A stretch of 64,000 bases of DNA from Phoronis australis (lineage: Eukaryota; Animalia; Phoronida), in the NCBI GenBank assembly GCA_002633005.1, contig NMRA01000129.1:90133-154132 (forward strand). The letters run 5' to 3'. Shown here piece by piece: positions 12,101 through 25,379 of this stretch. The stretch's first letter is position 1; every line of letters starts with the position of its first letter. Both the position numbers and the translations under genes were made by a program. The notes under the pieces were generated by a model. That model searched no databases, was not told the DNA's origin, and saw nothing but the letters and a program-made list of their open reading frames with translations.

Positions 12101-15100
12101 GGGAATATGAACAGGGGTTACGCTAGTGCTTGAGCGACCATTCCAGCTAGGCGCATCAACTGACCAGCCGGGTAGAGTCAATCCAGGTCTCATGAGCTAA
12201 GCCAGTAAAGATTAATTTGAGACAAGTTTAGTAGCGGCCACGCTGTCGAAATCGAAAGTTTTATTTCAGGTAGAAGGCAGGTTGGGCCAATTCTGTGTAA
12301 ATTACCCCCAGCTAGTTGTTCCTTCTGAAGTCAAACCCTTGGCGGAATGAATGCTTTAATCTCTCAGGAGAGGAGCTAAACAAGCTGTGTGTAGCATGTG
12401 CCGTGACGAATTTTGAATGAAATTGCTAAACAGAGTCTGATAACTCGCCCTCAATCACAAATAACCATTTATTTAAATTTAGACGACCTGCCGCTGTGAA
12501 ATCAATCTCAAATTGTTCCCAATCAAACTGTACGTGATTTCAAGGCTTCGAAATAACTGGAAATTCTTATTGCTTGAGATGAGAAGCCCACGGGTTGATT
12601 TGCCAAGCAAGGCCGGAAATCACGTGGGTGAAGAGCAAGTTGAGACCACTTTCAATGCGGCAAGTGCAACTTGTGCTTATTTTGAGAAAGAGTGGAGAAA
12701 ACCCATTACGTTGTCCGAGTTGGTTTTCCATGCTGTATGTTGATTTCGTTGGCGGTGCAGTCCTTCAAATCCGTTGCTGACAAATACTGATGCGTGGGGT
12801 TAGGTCGATAATAAGTAAGTCCAGACGAATCCCGCATTGGCGAATTGCACTTGGTAGGTCGCAGCAGTTCGCGGGAAAACGTGAGGTAGCCACCACTCTC
12901 CATCTTAAAATATACACAGATTCATGCAAACTACCTGGGTACCTGTTCGTTGAGTTTACGTGTCTGGCTTACGTATTGTCAGTAAGACTGGGCCACGTTT
13001 AAAACGATATATTCAAGTGAATTTCTTTTGACATAGGCGGATTTAGGGGGGCCCAGCCCCCCCCCCCCCNNNNNNNNNNNNNNNNNNNNNNNNNNNNNNN
13101 NNNNNNNNNNNNNNNNNNNNNNNNNNNNNNNNNNNNNNNNNNNNNNNNNNNNNNNNNNNNNNNNNNNNNNNNNNNNNNNNNNNNNNNNNNNNNNNNNNNN
13201 NNNNNNNNNNNNNNNNNNNNNNNNNNNNNNNNNNNNNNNNNNNNNNNNNNNNNNNNNNNNNNNNNNNNNNNNNNNNNNNNNNNNNNNNNNNNNNNNNNNN
13301 NNNNNNNNNNNNNNNNNNNNNNNNNNNNNNNNNNNNNNNNNNNNNNNNNNNNNNNNNNNNNNNNNNNNNNNNNNNNNNNNNNNNNNNNNNNNNNNNNNNN
13401 NNNNNNNNNNNNNNNNNNNNNNNNNNNNNNNNNNNNNNNNNNNNNNNNNNNNNNNNNNNNNNNNNNNNNNNNNNNNNNNNNNNNNNNNNNNNNNNNNNNN
13501 NNNNNNNNNNNNNNNNNNNNNNNNNNNNNNNNNNNNNNNNNNNNNNNNNNNNNNNNNNNNNNNNNNNNNNNNNNNNNNNNNNNNNNNNNNNNNNNNNNNN
13601 NNNNNNNNNNNNNNNNNNNNNNNNNNNNNNNNNNNNNNNNNNNNNNNNNNNNNNNNNNNNNNNNNNNNNNNNNNNNNNNNNNNNNNNNNNNNNNNNNNNN
13701 NNNNNNNNNNNNNNNNNNNNNNNNNNNNNNNNNNNNNNNNNNNNNNNNNNNNNNNNNNNNNNNNNNNNNNNNNNNNNNNNNNNNNNNNNNNNNNNNNATC
13801 GAGCGTGGGGTGAGAACGAGGTACTAATTTAGCTGGAAATTGCGCGTGTATAAAGAAAATGCCAAATAGATGCCACCGTGACGAGCAGGCTGACTTACTT
13901 TGCTCACGGCCAACAGTTTGTGAGAAAACAAGGGAAATTCGTCAGAATACGGCACCCCTTTCATGTATTCATGAACGTATTCGGGCGTTCGCAGTTCGTT
14001 ACGTATTGAGCTAACGTTGTTTGTGTCCGCGTGGTCAAATTCATCGGGTTCTGGTTGACTGTCAAAGTCTTGAGATCGTCGAAATTCTGTGAACGTCTGC
14101 AGGTGCTCTGGTTTACCTGAAATGCATGCACATATGATTTGCGTCGTGTAACAAATTAGATATCTGAGAAGTTGAATATGCTTTTAGGCCTACTCTCAAT
14201 GTTACCAGACCTGATACTTTTAAATCATTATAACTCGTTATTAAGAAACTAGACCTCAACACCTAACCTACCGTATATCGCGCGTAATACGATACAGTCA
14301 CTCAGAATATAGCATTAAGTCAAAGATTCGTACCTTGGTAGTGACAGAAAAATAAGCCGCGCATGGAAGAAAGCCTAATCTTGAAAATTGAGTTAGTGTT
14401 CCCATAAAACCACCCAACTTTCCCTAATGGTGTAACCGACATGCACTTGACACAGATACTCGTAACTCCGCTCTGCGAAACCCGTGTCGTTTTTTCTAAG
14501 GTTACATAGGATAGTATCGACAAGTCTGTAGTGTATTTTAACCCAAATATCTACAAAACTGATATATTTTCTGACAGTTGAAAGCCTGTAGAATTTGGCT
14601 TTTGACTTTAAGAAAATCTGTTATTTATTAGGTCTCGTCAGTACGTGTCTTTTTTGGTAAGACTAAGCAAAAAAGAAAGACTCTTTCATAGCAAAACAAA
14701 AATATGAAGCCTCGAAACCGCTGTGGTTTTTTTGAGCTTCAGACTCCCACTGAGGAAACCCGGTTAAAATCCTGGCTTGAGTGCAGTAGAAAATCGAGCA
14801 TTGCATGAAGGTGTCTTCTGCTCCTCTGAGCTCGGTCTTCGTGAATGTATGTAGAGGATTGGATGAGAATTTGGATGTAGCACAAACCGATTTCAGGGGG
14901 TATGCTAAAAATTTAGTCAAACTTGGACATTTTTCTAGGGTCCTCCGAAATTTTAAATATCGGAATAACCCCAGGCTACGAAAGTAATAATCGACTCGTA
15001 AATGAGAGGGGGCGCGAAGCTGAAGAAATTTATTAACACGCTTGGGTATAAGAGAACACGATCTAATCACAAACACACACACAAAAGTCAAAAATCTCAT

Positions 15101-16701
15101 GTTACTCGTGTTAATAGACGTCATAAAACAAATGAAAAGCTCAATGTGTTAAATTGTGAATCACAAGAAAGTTAGCATAACATCAAAACAAATGAAACAT
15201 TTGTACAGAATTGAAGCAACTTTGAATTAGATTGAATGCGTATAAGCACTGGCGTTTATTTTAATAGGAAAAGCGTTTTGTGACATGACCACTGAAAATA
15301 CATGTAATAGAGAGAGTAATGACGTCATCAGCAAAGTCGACGATGACAGCAAAGAAAAAGCAGAATCATTTTTCTGTACTGTACCTCCGTCGTTTGACTC
15401 TGAAAACATACAACAAATATTTCTCATACGTCGAAAGCCAATTACACAGATTTACAGCTAAGTACAACTGTGTGTAACAATAACTGATTAAGAGTTAACA
15501 TGTATTTAAACACGTCTATTGCATTCCTTTCTCGACATTCAAAAACCCAATACACAGACGCAATGTCAAGCTGACTACTGGCGTAACGAAGCCAATTCAG
15601 TATCTGCACGCGTAGTCTCTTTTTCTCACGTGATCTTTCAAAGATGCAATTGGCTTCATGCAAAGCAATGTTGGGATAATAACATACAAATGAGGGAGAT
15701 AAAACGGGTCAATGTTAGCCAATAAAGAATTGGTTTCACGCTAAGTCAACAAACTAAGTGCAGTATTAAAATGGACCTCGGGCTCTATAAAATGAGTCTA
15801 TTGTGAACGGTTAGACATAGTAAACAAAATATTTAACTTAGATATTGGCATAGATTGCTCATATGGACAACAAGCGTCTTTCACCATACAAAAACTGCCA
15901 ATTTAATCTTAGCTAAAACGTGGCTCCGGACAAAACACCTAGCCAGTATACTGTCACCGGTTGTTTTATTGTTATTGTTATTGTTATTGTTATAGCATAG
16001 AACTATATGCCGTATATTAGGTTTATGTTCTTGGACTATAATAGCCGTATGTGATATACAACTATTAACGGTTTATGGTGTTTGTCCCGAGCAGGTTAAT
16101 TATGCTATCATACGACAGTGGTGTAAATACAATACAAAGTATAAGGGAAAGACTGCACTTTCCTATCTGACGATTGACGAATGAGAAATTTAACAAGGAC
16201 AACTGGCTAGAGATTAGTGCGATGCCGCCTGTGGTCGATAACTAATTTGTTGAATCAATGTCTGCCGGTGTGCTAGGTTAATATGCCCGAATCTGCACGT
16301 TTAATACCGTAGTGATGGTGGCCGGAGTTTCGAGCACCTAAACATACGACAGATAAATACTAACATACAGACGAACATAATTTTACCACACATGTTGACA
16401 ATAGTAGACTTCTGGCACAAGTGCATCGCAAACTGACGTAAACACTGAGTCGTGAAACATTACTCGGAAACTATAGTGATGTCAAGAGTTTTCATGAACT
16501 TGGACGCACAAACCTAAAATTGTAAATTTTCACAAGATCTCAACTAACACCTCTACACAGTATTAGTATTGTACCTCTGTATCCACCATGTGGTCGGAAA
16601 CCGTTGTTGACGTTCTCCTCGGTTGCGTACACGCCAGTGCCACTGGGCGCCGACGTCGTACTAATGCAGCTCCTGGTAAACTTTATCCCGTGTTTCGTCA
16701 T
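6104..16701 (-). CDS. Uncharacterised ~682-aa protein, 10 coding exons: 16575-16701, 13899-14116, 12710-12903, 11772-11818, 11358-11480, 11099-11153, 10087-10155, 9577-9710, 9215-9412, 6104-6987
   Basis: Every exon is bounded by AG/GT and the phases chain without a stop (1,0,2,1,1,2,2,1,1); total 2049 nt = 682 aa + TGA. Reads MTKHGIKF...GGYRGKPEHLQ...AVSKMESGG...TRTTERPPTE...KNRYSRSLPNFMAFVHRLL...YSAPPKR...RPLSARNYSGVPGMVRR...ARYNRAHCIDSR...; the last exon is acidic and low complexity. The first exon (donor GTACAA) is the least certain, and extra phase-0 exons could hide in the 13070-13797 gap. Confidence 0.7.
11881..11968 (+). repeat. Dispersed ~90-bp repeat, second copy at about 28908-28996
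   Basis: CGAGGGTTAC.GAGCATTATTTTGTTTCAGA..A.T.GATGGGAA shared. Confidence 0.65.
13070..13797. other. Assembly gap (N run)
   Basis: Run of N beginning after a poly-C tract. Confidence 1.
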
Positions 16702-16862
16702 ACTGCGTCGATTACATAGTACTCACAACCTTCAGCTAGCACTAAGCCCAGTAGACACTTTATGAATGAAAAGCGATTACACAGCAGACGACATTTCAAA
16801 ATACCCTGTGTCGCTAAAATGTCATAAATATTTTATGACGGGTATCGCCATCTTGTTACTGT

Positions 16863-16877
16863 GTTGTTCATGGAAAC
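16863..16877 (-). promoter_or_regulatory. Candidate RFX X-box (GTTTCC-ATG-AACAAC on - strand) about 160 bp upstream of the predicted ATG of the uncharacterised gene
   Basis: Resembles the RFX palindrome GTTKCC-ATG-GMAAC; it sits in a CpG-rich stretch with - strand CCAAT boxes near 17028 and 17184. Confidence 0.4.
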
Positions 16878-18899
16878 GTGCAAATACGCATGCGTTATTC
16901 GAGCGCCCCCAGTGTTGGCTTGCGAAGGCCAAACACTCGGTAGGCCTACCGCCCCGGCAAGCGACCTGGCTTATCGTAACAATTGCTTTACGGAATATCA
17001 GTAGCAAAATTTCTCTTGGCTTTGGTATTGGCTGCATGTTTGTCCGAATTTTGACTTCATAGGGAGGGAGCTGAGCGGGGACGGTGGCGAAACAAATGCT
17101 AACGGATGATGCCCTCAATCGCCGCGACTTTTAATTAGCTCAGAGTCCCGCCTTGGTGTCAAACGTGGTTTCGAATTTTGGTGATTGGCCAGGCTTTTCG
17201 AGACCGTGGGGAAAGAAGGAGATTAAATCCTACCGAGTTTGAATGGCATTTGGTCTCAACCTTCTCTTGCCGTTTTTTTTTTTTTTATTTTTTATTTTTT
17301 ATTTTTTTTTTAATTTTAACCTCTCGACGCGGTAGTCATAAAACGGAAATTATGTGGACATGCCGGTACTCATTCTTGCAGATATTCAATATTTGTACCA
17401 TGATACAGCAGTTGCTAGCAGTTGCTTCGTCTCTAGTGTCCACAGTGTTACGACAAGTGCAACAGCACTAACTCATGAACCTTCGATCTGTACGCCCCCT
17501 GGTTGTATGCAAGGCATGGTCAGTGGCAGTGATCGTCATTCGATGGATAAAAAATTAAGACTCAAAGTTTTGGGTTGCGAAGAAATTTAAAACACTGACG
17601 TGATTTCACGACTCGTACCAGTACTGACGCAAAGATGCCCGTGTATCTAGGCCGCACCAGCGCAAGACGAAATACGTTTAATTTAAATCTGCCATAATCC
17701 CGACAATAAAATTAATTTTCCAGCTGTAAAACCACCCGCCGTTGTACAGTTGAACCTGTTCATAACTGTGTTCTAATTTCTTATTCATGTTTAAAGCTGT
17801 TCCAGGTCTTTGAAGAACTTCCAGCTTCTTATTTTTTTCAAATCCGAGCCCAGACTTAAAAGACGGTCCCCGGGACGGCAATCTTCTTGAGCATGACTTT
17901 AATACTAACGAATTGCCATTTTCTTCCAAGCATGAATATGGTGAGATACTCTTAGCTATAAGTGGTGTAAATGAAAAGCTATAATTCAGAGAAGGTAGTG
18001 GAATTCATGCAGATTTGAATGTTGGTGTAATCATGATCAACATACGTAAGATGAAAAAATATAATTAGAGCCAAAATTGGAAAGTAGCGGAATTTCAACT
18101 GAAGTGGCTTGATTTCTTCTACATGTACGTAAACCTAAGCTGGAGGCTCAGAGAGAGAATAAAGAGTACATGTATGTCTGTATGTTTGTCTGAGCCGTGG
18201 TGACGGGGAAATAGGACTCTATGTTGTCTTGTTTAGGACATAAAATTCAAACATTCACAAACNCATAACTGTGTTCTAATTTCTTATTCATGTTTAAAGC
18301 GGTTCCAGGTCTTTGAAGAACTTCCAGCTTCTTATTTTTTCAAATCCGAGCCCAGACTTAAAAGACGGTCCCCGGGACGGCAATCTTCTTGAGCATGAAT
18401 ATGGTGAGATACTCTTAGCTATAAGTGGTGTAAATGAAAAGCTATAATTCAGAGAAGGTAGTGGAATTCATGCAGATTTGAATGTTGGTGTAATCATGAT
18501 CAACATACGTAAGATGAAAAAATATAATTAGAGCCAAAATTGGAAAGTAGCGGAATTTCAACTGAAGTGGCTTGATTTCTTCTACATGTACGTAAACCTC
18601 AGCTGGAGGCTCAGAGAGAGAATAAAGAGTACATGTATGTCTGTATGTTTGTCTGAGCCGTGGTGACGGGGAAATAGGACTCTATGTTGTCTTGTTTAGG
18701 ACATAAAATTCAAACATTCACAAACAAGGAGAAAAGACGCATATGTAGGCCTTTATCGTCATGTATTTGAACAGTTGTATTAGAATTGATCAAAGTTTAT
18801 AAAATAATGAACAATAAGCAACTGAAAATGACCATATGTATAAAACTTTGGTTCGATTGAAAGGGTCGTATGGCTGAAGTCTGTTCCATGAAGCAGCCA

Positions 18900-21800
18900 T
18901 CAAATGTTATATGAAGAGCCGTCGTGTTGATCCTCTAACGACTTCTTAAATTCGACCTTTCGGCAAAGGTGAACTGCTATAAGAAGTGCGCCGGATAAAA
19001 CGCAGAACAGTCCACACAATGTGAATGTCCACAACCACTGCCCCGTCACGTCGTGTAGGTTACCTGAAACACAAATATATTTAAGCTGCACTCATTTGGC
19101 GCAAAGAGATTTTTGTCTTCAAAATAGTGGCGAACGTTGAATGAGTCTCATAAAATTGAGGAAAGCAACATTGAATTGTGCATATTTTCTAAATTAGAAA
19201 GAGACGGAGATCTGCTGATACAAGACTTCTGATCAGACACCTTGATAAAACTCAGAAATTGAATCTTGGGTAAAGTCCGAAGGCTTGAAATGATTTTCCA
19301 CATACTTCGGTTCGTGTGTCTGAAATACTGAAATTCTGTGTCGGGATGTGTGCTTACTCGTCAGTGGACGATTTCCCATAATTGTTGATCGGATGTCTTT
19401 GGCGTGTCGCTCTCGGGGTCAGAAACGCATTAGCCTCTATCCGTGGTCGACTGTCTCCCCGTGAACTCTTTTACAAATACGTATTTAATGAGACTGTACC
19501 ATAAATTAACCTTCTGCGAACTTTACCCGGCTTTCCGCATTGCGCCGGAAATTCGGTGTCTGAAAAAAGCTTTCACGTATATCAAAAGACTGTTAAGGAC
19601 AGAATCAGGCAAAATCAGCGGCAGGCTTGTGAAGAAAATAATCAAGGGTATCTTAAGTCTGCAGTCCTACTGAGTTGGAGACTTATTCTGTGGGGCTGTT
19701 TTGCCAGGACGTTTTCGTTTGCCGGAGCCCACAACTTAACAAAGTCATCGGTGGGTTTCCTAATACAATGATAGTGATTTTTTCGAGGAAAACAAGCGTC
19801 TATGGCCCATCGTATCGCCTTGAGCACTGAACGCTACGTTCAAGTACCGAAAGGTGGTTAGCTGCGCCTACACTGTACGTGCGTCTACGCTCCACTACAG
19901 CACTGGCTGAGTGGCCTTGTGAACGGTTCCTTCGAAGTCCATAATTACTCTAATTTGATTAAGCACAATTTGAGACCAATTTTAACGGTGTAAACTAAAT
20001 CGACTAACATTGTTGCTTTTTAATGGAAGGCGGGCCTATAGCGTACAAAAATCTCGTCATTTCCCCCAGGCGTTTACGACACACTTGGTTTTCGTCGGTG
20101 GTTGTGATGATGAAATCGTCATTAGAAGATCATCAGGACAAATCGAGGAAAGAAAGTCACGCACTATGTGTTATATCGCGGGATAAAGCGGAATCCGACT
20201 ACTTCTGACCAAATACGTGTATTCATTCAAGCGGGTCGTTTTTTATATTTAGAGCCACGTCAAGAATATTATCAGCTTCTTGTTACCTGCAATGATAGGC
20301 GATACAAAGAAGCCGCACGCCACAACGAGCATGTTAACGCCGAGAGTGGAAGGTAGACTTTGAATCCCCAGGAGATCCGCCACTACAACCGGTATTAGGG
20401 TAAACTGAAGACCAACTAGTGGCAAGACGATTAGCGTAATCAACAGCACGTCGGTGAATGTTTTCAACTGGCTGAAGACAATACAACAAACTCCCAAAGC
20501 AAAACAATTGAAAATTTTGAAATAGATCTTTGGCACCAGGTTCAGGTCAGTCAGCCAAGAAACGAATGGACGTATTAATAGCTCCGTGATGCCAGACAGA
20601 GAGAGCACTAGAGCAGCGCTAGCCGACGAGATTCCAACGTCTTTGCAATATGCTCCTAAAAACATTGGCACCACTGGGAATCCCAAAATTGAAAAGAAAT
20701 CCGCCAAAAGTAGAAGAATGAATACTCTGTTCCTTAAAGTACTCCACTTGAACAAGCAAACCTTAGAGAGACTGTCATTTTGCTTGCTTTTAGACTGTGC
20801 ACTTGTGGGGTTCTCGTCAAAGTTGCATTTTTGTAAGGAGGTCGCGAAAAAGTCCCCCGTGCTCACAGCCAGCGATGACGTCAATGCTAAATGAGATGCC
20901 GTGTCCGCACGCTGTTTGGCTCCAGTCGTTGCGTCGATAAGTAAACCACTGTAACATTCTCTCTCTGCAGAAAGTTTGTTCGGGTGTACTGACTGAGAAG
21001 AGCGTAGCTCATGACACGAAACGCTTTGCTTTCCTTCACAGACAACATTTAAATAATTTTCATTTGAATTGTTCAGTTTCACAGACTTCCGATTGTTTGA
21101 ACATCTTGCGTGTTTCTTCGATTTCATGCCGTTGTAGAAAGACAGTGGGCGCAGCAGGGCGCCCGACGCACACACGTGGACTTGAATTCCGGCGTAAAAT
21201 ATAAGCGTTGCTTGGTAACCATAATTATCCAGCAGGTGGCGCACCAACAAAGGCGAAAGGATGGCTGACAAAGCTGATCCTACACCCGCTAATCCATTAG
21301 CCAGTGCCCGTCGGCGATCGAAATACTGTCCTAACAGGACCAATGTTGGTGAATACATCAAACCGAATCCAGTACCTACAATGGTATAATTGAACAATTA
21401 AGAAAATCCTTGTCTGTTAAAGAACTCCAATTAAGTCGCGTAGGCCTACCGTATGCAAGTCTCGTTCAAAGTTATGTAGGACCTCATTGCAGATAAGTCT
21501 GTTTGTTTAGGCAAACATCTGCAAAGCTATAGATTTCAAAAAAGTAACGGTATTCAGTTTCTGAACGTAGAGGGCCTGTAGAATTTTATCATTGACTTTT
21601 TTCCAGTCTGTCATTACCTTGGTCAAGTGACTTTTTAGTAAAATTGAACAGAAGCGAAAGCCTTATTCGGTCAACCAAACTACAAAATAAATAGCAAGAC
21701 CAAAGTCCGTCTGATTTTAAAATTCAAGATTTCAAAAACACGATTACAGTTTTCCAAATTTATAGTTCGTTTTCGTTTGACGCAACTTTTGATTTTTTCA

Positions 21801-24800
21801 TTAAAATCATAAAAGTCTCGCTTTGATGTCAACTCGGCAGTTACGTAAACGCGCAGCATTTTAAAAAACAATTTCTAACTGCTTAAAATGCACGGTATTT
21901 GAAGTTTCAAATGAATCCGATTAGCCATTTTTGAGATACGATGTTCCGCATTTAGTCGAACAAGGACGTTTTTCTAGTGTCCTACATAATATTAAACACT
22001 TGTGTTACACTCAGCCGGCGGATGCAGGGTTTCAAAATACGGGGCCAACAGGTGATGACGCATTTTTTCCAAAAATATAGGACTAATTCCGCATTGAAAT
22101 GTACGACCACATAATAACACATTTAGAGTGTGAAGGTATTAGATTATGTAGGACCCTAGAAATGTCCACATTTGTTTTTTTCGGGAGAACCTATCTCAGA
22201 AATGGCTCATCGTATTCACATAAAACTTTTGGATAATATGATTTGTGTATTGTTCCCCGACAAGCTTTTAGGAATTGTTCATTGAGTGCTCCACTTTTGC
22301 GCGAAAACGAAAGGATTTTTTTAAACAGTTACAGGGTTTTTGAGATCTCATCATGTTACATATAACGTTGTTTTGCTATTAATATACATTTATTATTCCT
22401 AACGCGTTAGCCATGTAATGAAGGATTGGTTAAAAGTAGAAACAAAATAAATTCATGATTTCTACTCTCCGAAAATATAATACTCTTACTGAGTTAAAAA
22501 TTCTATTTTTTTAAATACGCAGACTTGTAAATAATTCTACACCGTGTAGGAAGTTATCCAAATGAAGGGCTGCATTTCCCTTCGAGAGATGACGCCACAC
22601 AGGGGCGGATCCAGGATTTTGAGTTAAGTGGGCCACGTGGAGAGTATTAGCCAGGATTTTGCTCGTCAGACGTTCGTGCCCCCGAAATGCCAAATGGATC
22701 TAGGAGAATTTTAGGGGAAGCCATGGCCCCCTTGGCTCCCCTCTAAGTCCGCCACTGACTGCCACAACACTCTCGATGTTCGACTGGCACTGGTTAGTCC
22801 GTGACATTTCAAATGAAGCATGTGGTCTCAATAGGTTTTATTTGCGAACAACTTGCGTCGCGGTGCGGACCCCTTGGCCGATGCACGTTTAAGTTGTTGT
22901 TTTAGTTAATACCACAAATTCATTCATTCATACAGATTGTGTAGAAAAATTTCAATCCTCCTCGCTCAAGTTCAGATTTGGCCTAGTGTAGATTAAAAGT
23001 CCATGTGTACAAATATAGAGCTTGCCTAGTGGGTCATTTTGACTTGTTTACTAGATTGGAGGATTTGAGTGATGAGTTGGAAGCCAGATTAACGTTTCGA
23101 CTTTGAACCTTCTATTTATATAAAACTGTGCCTGGACAAAAAATTGAGATACGAAAAATAAATTGTGTATACACTGAGATAGCAGAACCTAGATAATATT
23201 ACAGCTACATGTACGTTGGCCTATTTTCCCTGGTATCTAAAAACTGTCGGTTTCATAAAACCCCTCGTGATCAGGTTTACCTGTGTGTAAAAATATAGGG
23301 CTGTGTCGAATCCTTACCGATCAGCACACCGTAGGAGAGATACAAATGAACCACAGAACGTGCGTAGGCACTGAGAAGACATCCTATAGATGACAATACA
23401 CCACCGAGCATTACTACCCTTCGAGCGCCAAAGTGATGACTTAGTATATTGCTGACTGGACCTGGAATTGAACGGTGCAATAAACCCGCGTCTTCTTTCA
23501 AAATACATTTTTTCTCTTATGCCACTGTAACAAAGAATTCTGTCTTTACAGTACCTCAGGTCAGAGACCATTTCTAGACTTGAGCACAACTGACAGACAG
23601 ATCGTCACTGCTTCAGCCGGACCAGCTTGTCACGGCGGGTCAGGCTTACGCAAATGCGATATAACAGACAATTATTCCAGACAATTTATCTTTCTGAACC
23701 ATAATCTAAATAGGCCTAAAGGATTAGAACGCGATAACGATGCTCTGAAGGGGCAAATGGGTCAGAATAAGTTTTATAACAGCTTTTGTCGATTATTGTT
23801 AAAATGTCTACGTTTCTTGTCACTCAGTTTGTCCATGTAGGCAAGCATAAGGCATTTGTGAACTTTGAACATATCAAAAACTTCGTTTACAATTTCGTTA
23901 CACGGTTCAACAGTACGCTGGTTCATCAATGGAGTTGCGTTACACTTTTGGTTATCGTTTATCTAACACGTGACACGTTGCCATGTACATGTAGATTCTG
24001 ACTCAGAGATGAGTATGAAAGGTTTCATGATTCACAATGGTACATACAGTATGTATAGCATTTGAGCTATAATTCACTATGGAGACATGTCAGAGAATAC
24101 TTCAAGGAGTGGTAATGTACTCAGGGTCACTGAAATTTGAACAGCGACAGACAAGATGAGCTAGGTGATACATGCAAACATTGATCACCTCATGTACATG
24201 TATAATGTGACGTATCTGCAGTTTGGGAAACGACTCATATAACCTGAAAGAATTGATCGCCAGGGATGTTGCACGAAACTTCGTAACCTGACTTGCCAAA
24301 GTGTAAACCGAGACTTAACCCAAAACTTATGTTACCTTCATGATCAGTTAAAGACTCAGTGCCCCAATAACACTATACATACTTAGTCCAAACTGCAACA
24401 AAGATGAGAGGCCTGGAATGAACGCCGTGGAACCAGTACTGGCGTCGAACATGTCGATGAATTCCACAAAAAGCAGAGCAGTTGCACGCACCACCATCAG
24501 AATAGCGATGTTCTGGACAAATGCAGCTGAAATTTAAAATGAATTGCAGAGTCTTTGGCGGGTCAAAGTTGTGAATTGGGGGGTGGGGGGTCATCAATAT
24601 CCTTTTGCACTTCTGAAGGTGTTTTTCATTATGTTTAATTCTTTATTGCTTTATTGATTCGTCTCCAGGTGTAGAGCCCGATGGTATTCTAAGTGCGCTA
24701 TAACGAGCGGACGCGGAAATGTGTTTTTTTAAGAAACTTTGCGAAAAGTCTACTTCAATTGATATAAAATTACTGTTCATGGAAAGATAAGGAAGCGAAC

Positions 24801-25379
24801 ATTAGCCGCGCACTTTGTTGCTTTATGCATAAACGACGGACGCTTTGCTGCCCAAACAAAGATCTAAATTACACTGAGGTCATTTGATGATGAAAATGGG
24901 TTGCTTGAATTATAGAGAGTCTTCACCCGTAAACAAGCGATTCGTTCTGTATGGTGAATTAACCGAAAACCTTGTATCCGCCCCTGTATGAGCAGGCAAA
25001 AATTCTGGCCAAATACATCATTGTGGCTACTCTCGACAAATCCACCAGGTGGACCTCGAGTCGGCAAATTAGAAACAATTTATCGAGAAAGGATCTGGCT
25101 AGAAATCAGTTATAATAAGCGAAAATGGTCTCTTGGCACTGCTTTTGCTGCCACATGATGTACGACAGTACAAGATGCTTTTTTGCCTGAAAGTGCATGT
25201 GGAGATAATCTAAATAAGATAGAGAACACACGCTACTGATTTCGTCGAAGAAAATTACCATTGGCGTTTAGTATACAATAAACTTTGGTTCCAATTTTTA
25301 CGTAATCGTGTTCATATTACTTACAGAATGCAATTACCCAAGCCCATCCACAATCGATAGGAGTCCTAGTCTTCTGCAT
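18900..25379 (-). CDS. SLC16/monocarboxylate transporter family (MFS), MCT12-like; exons 25325-25379, 24383-24526, 23318-23461, 20287-21375, 18900-19063 (531 aa)
   Basis: N-terminal MCT signature PIDCGWAWV, YFDRRRALANGLAGVG, GALLRP, a long cytoplasmic loop 6-7 and GNLHDVTGQW. All introns are phase-1 GT-AG; 1596 nt = 531 aa + TGA. Confidence 0.92.
21472..21989. mobile_element. TIR element TTATGTAGGAC...GTCCTACATAA; related ends near 22144, 27500-27610 and 52410-52500
   Basis: 11-bp terminal inverted repeat plus a shared subterminal GAAGTTTC..ATCC..TTGAGATA motif. Confidence 0.5.

Noticed and set aside
17761-18725. ~500-bp tandem duplication downstream of the SLC16 stop (17761-18262 and 18264-18725), with a 39-bp indel between AGCATGA repeats
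   Set aside because: The copies are joined by a single N and differ by a few allele-like changes, which is typical of unmerged haplotype overlap at a contig join.
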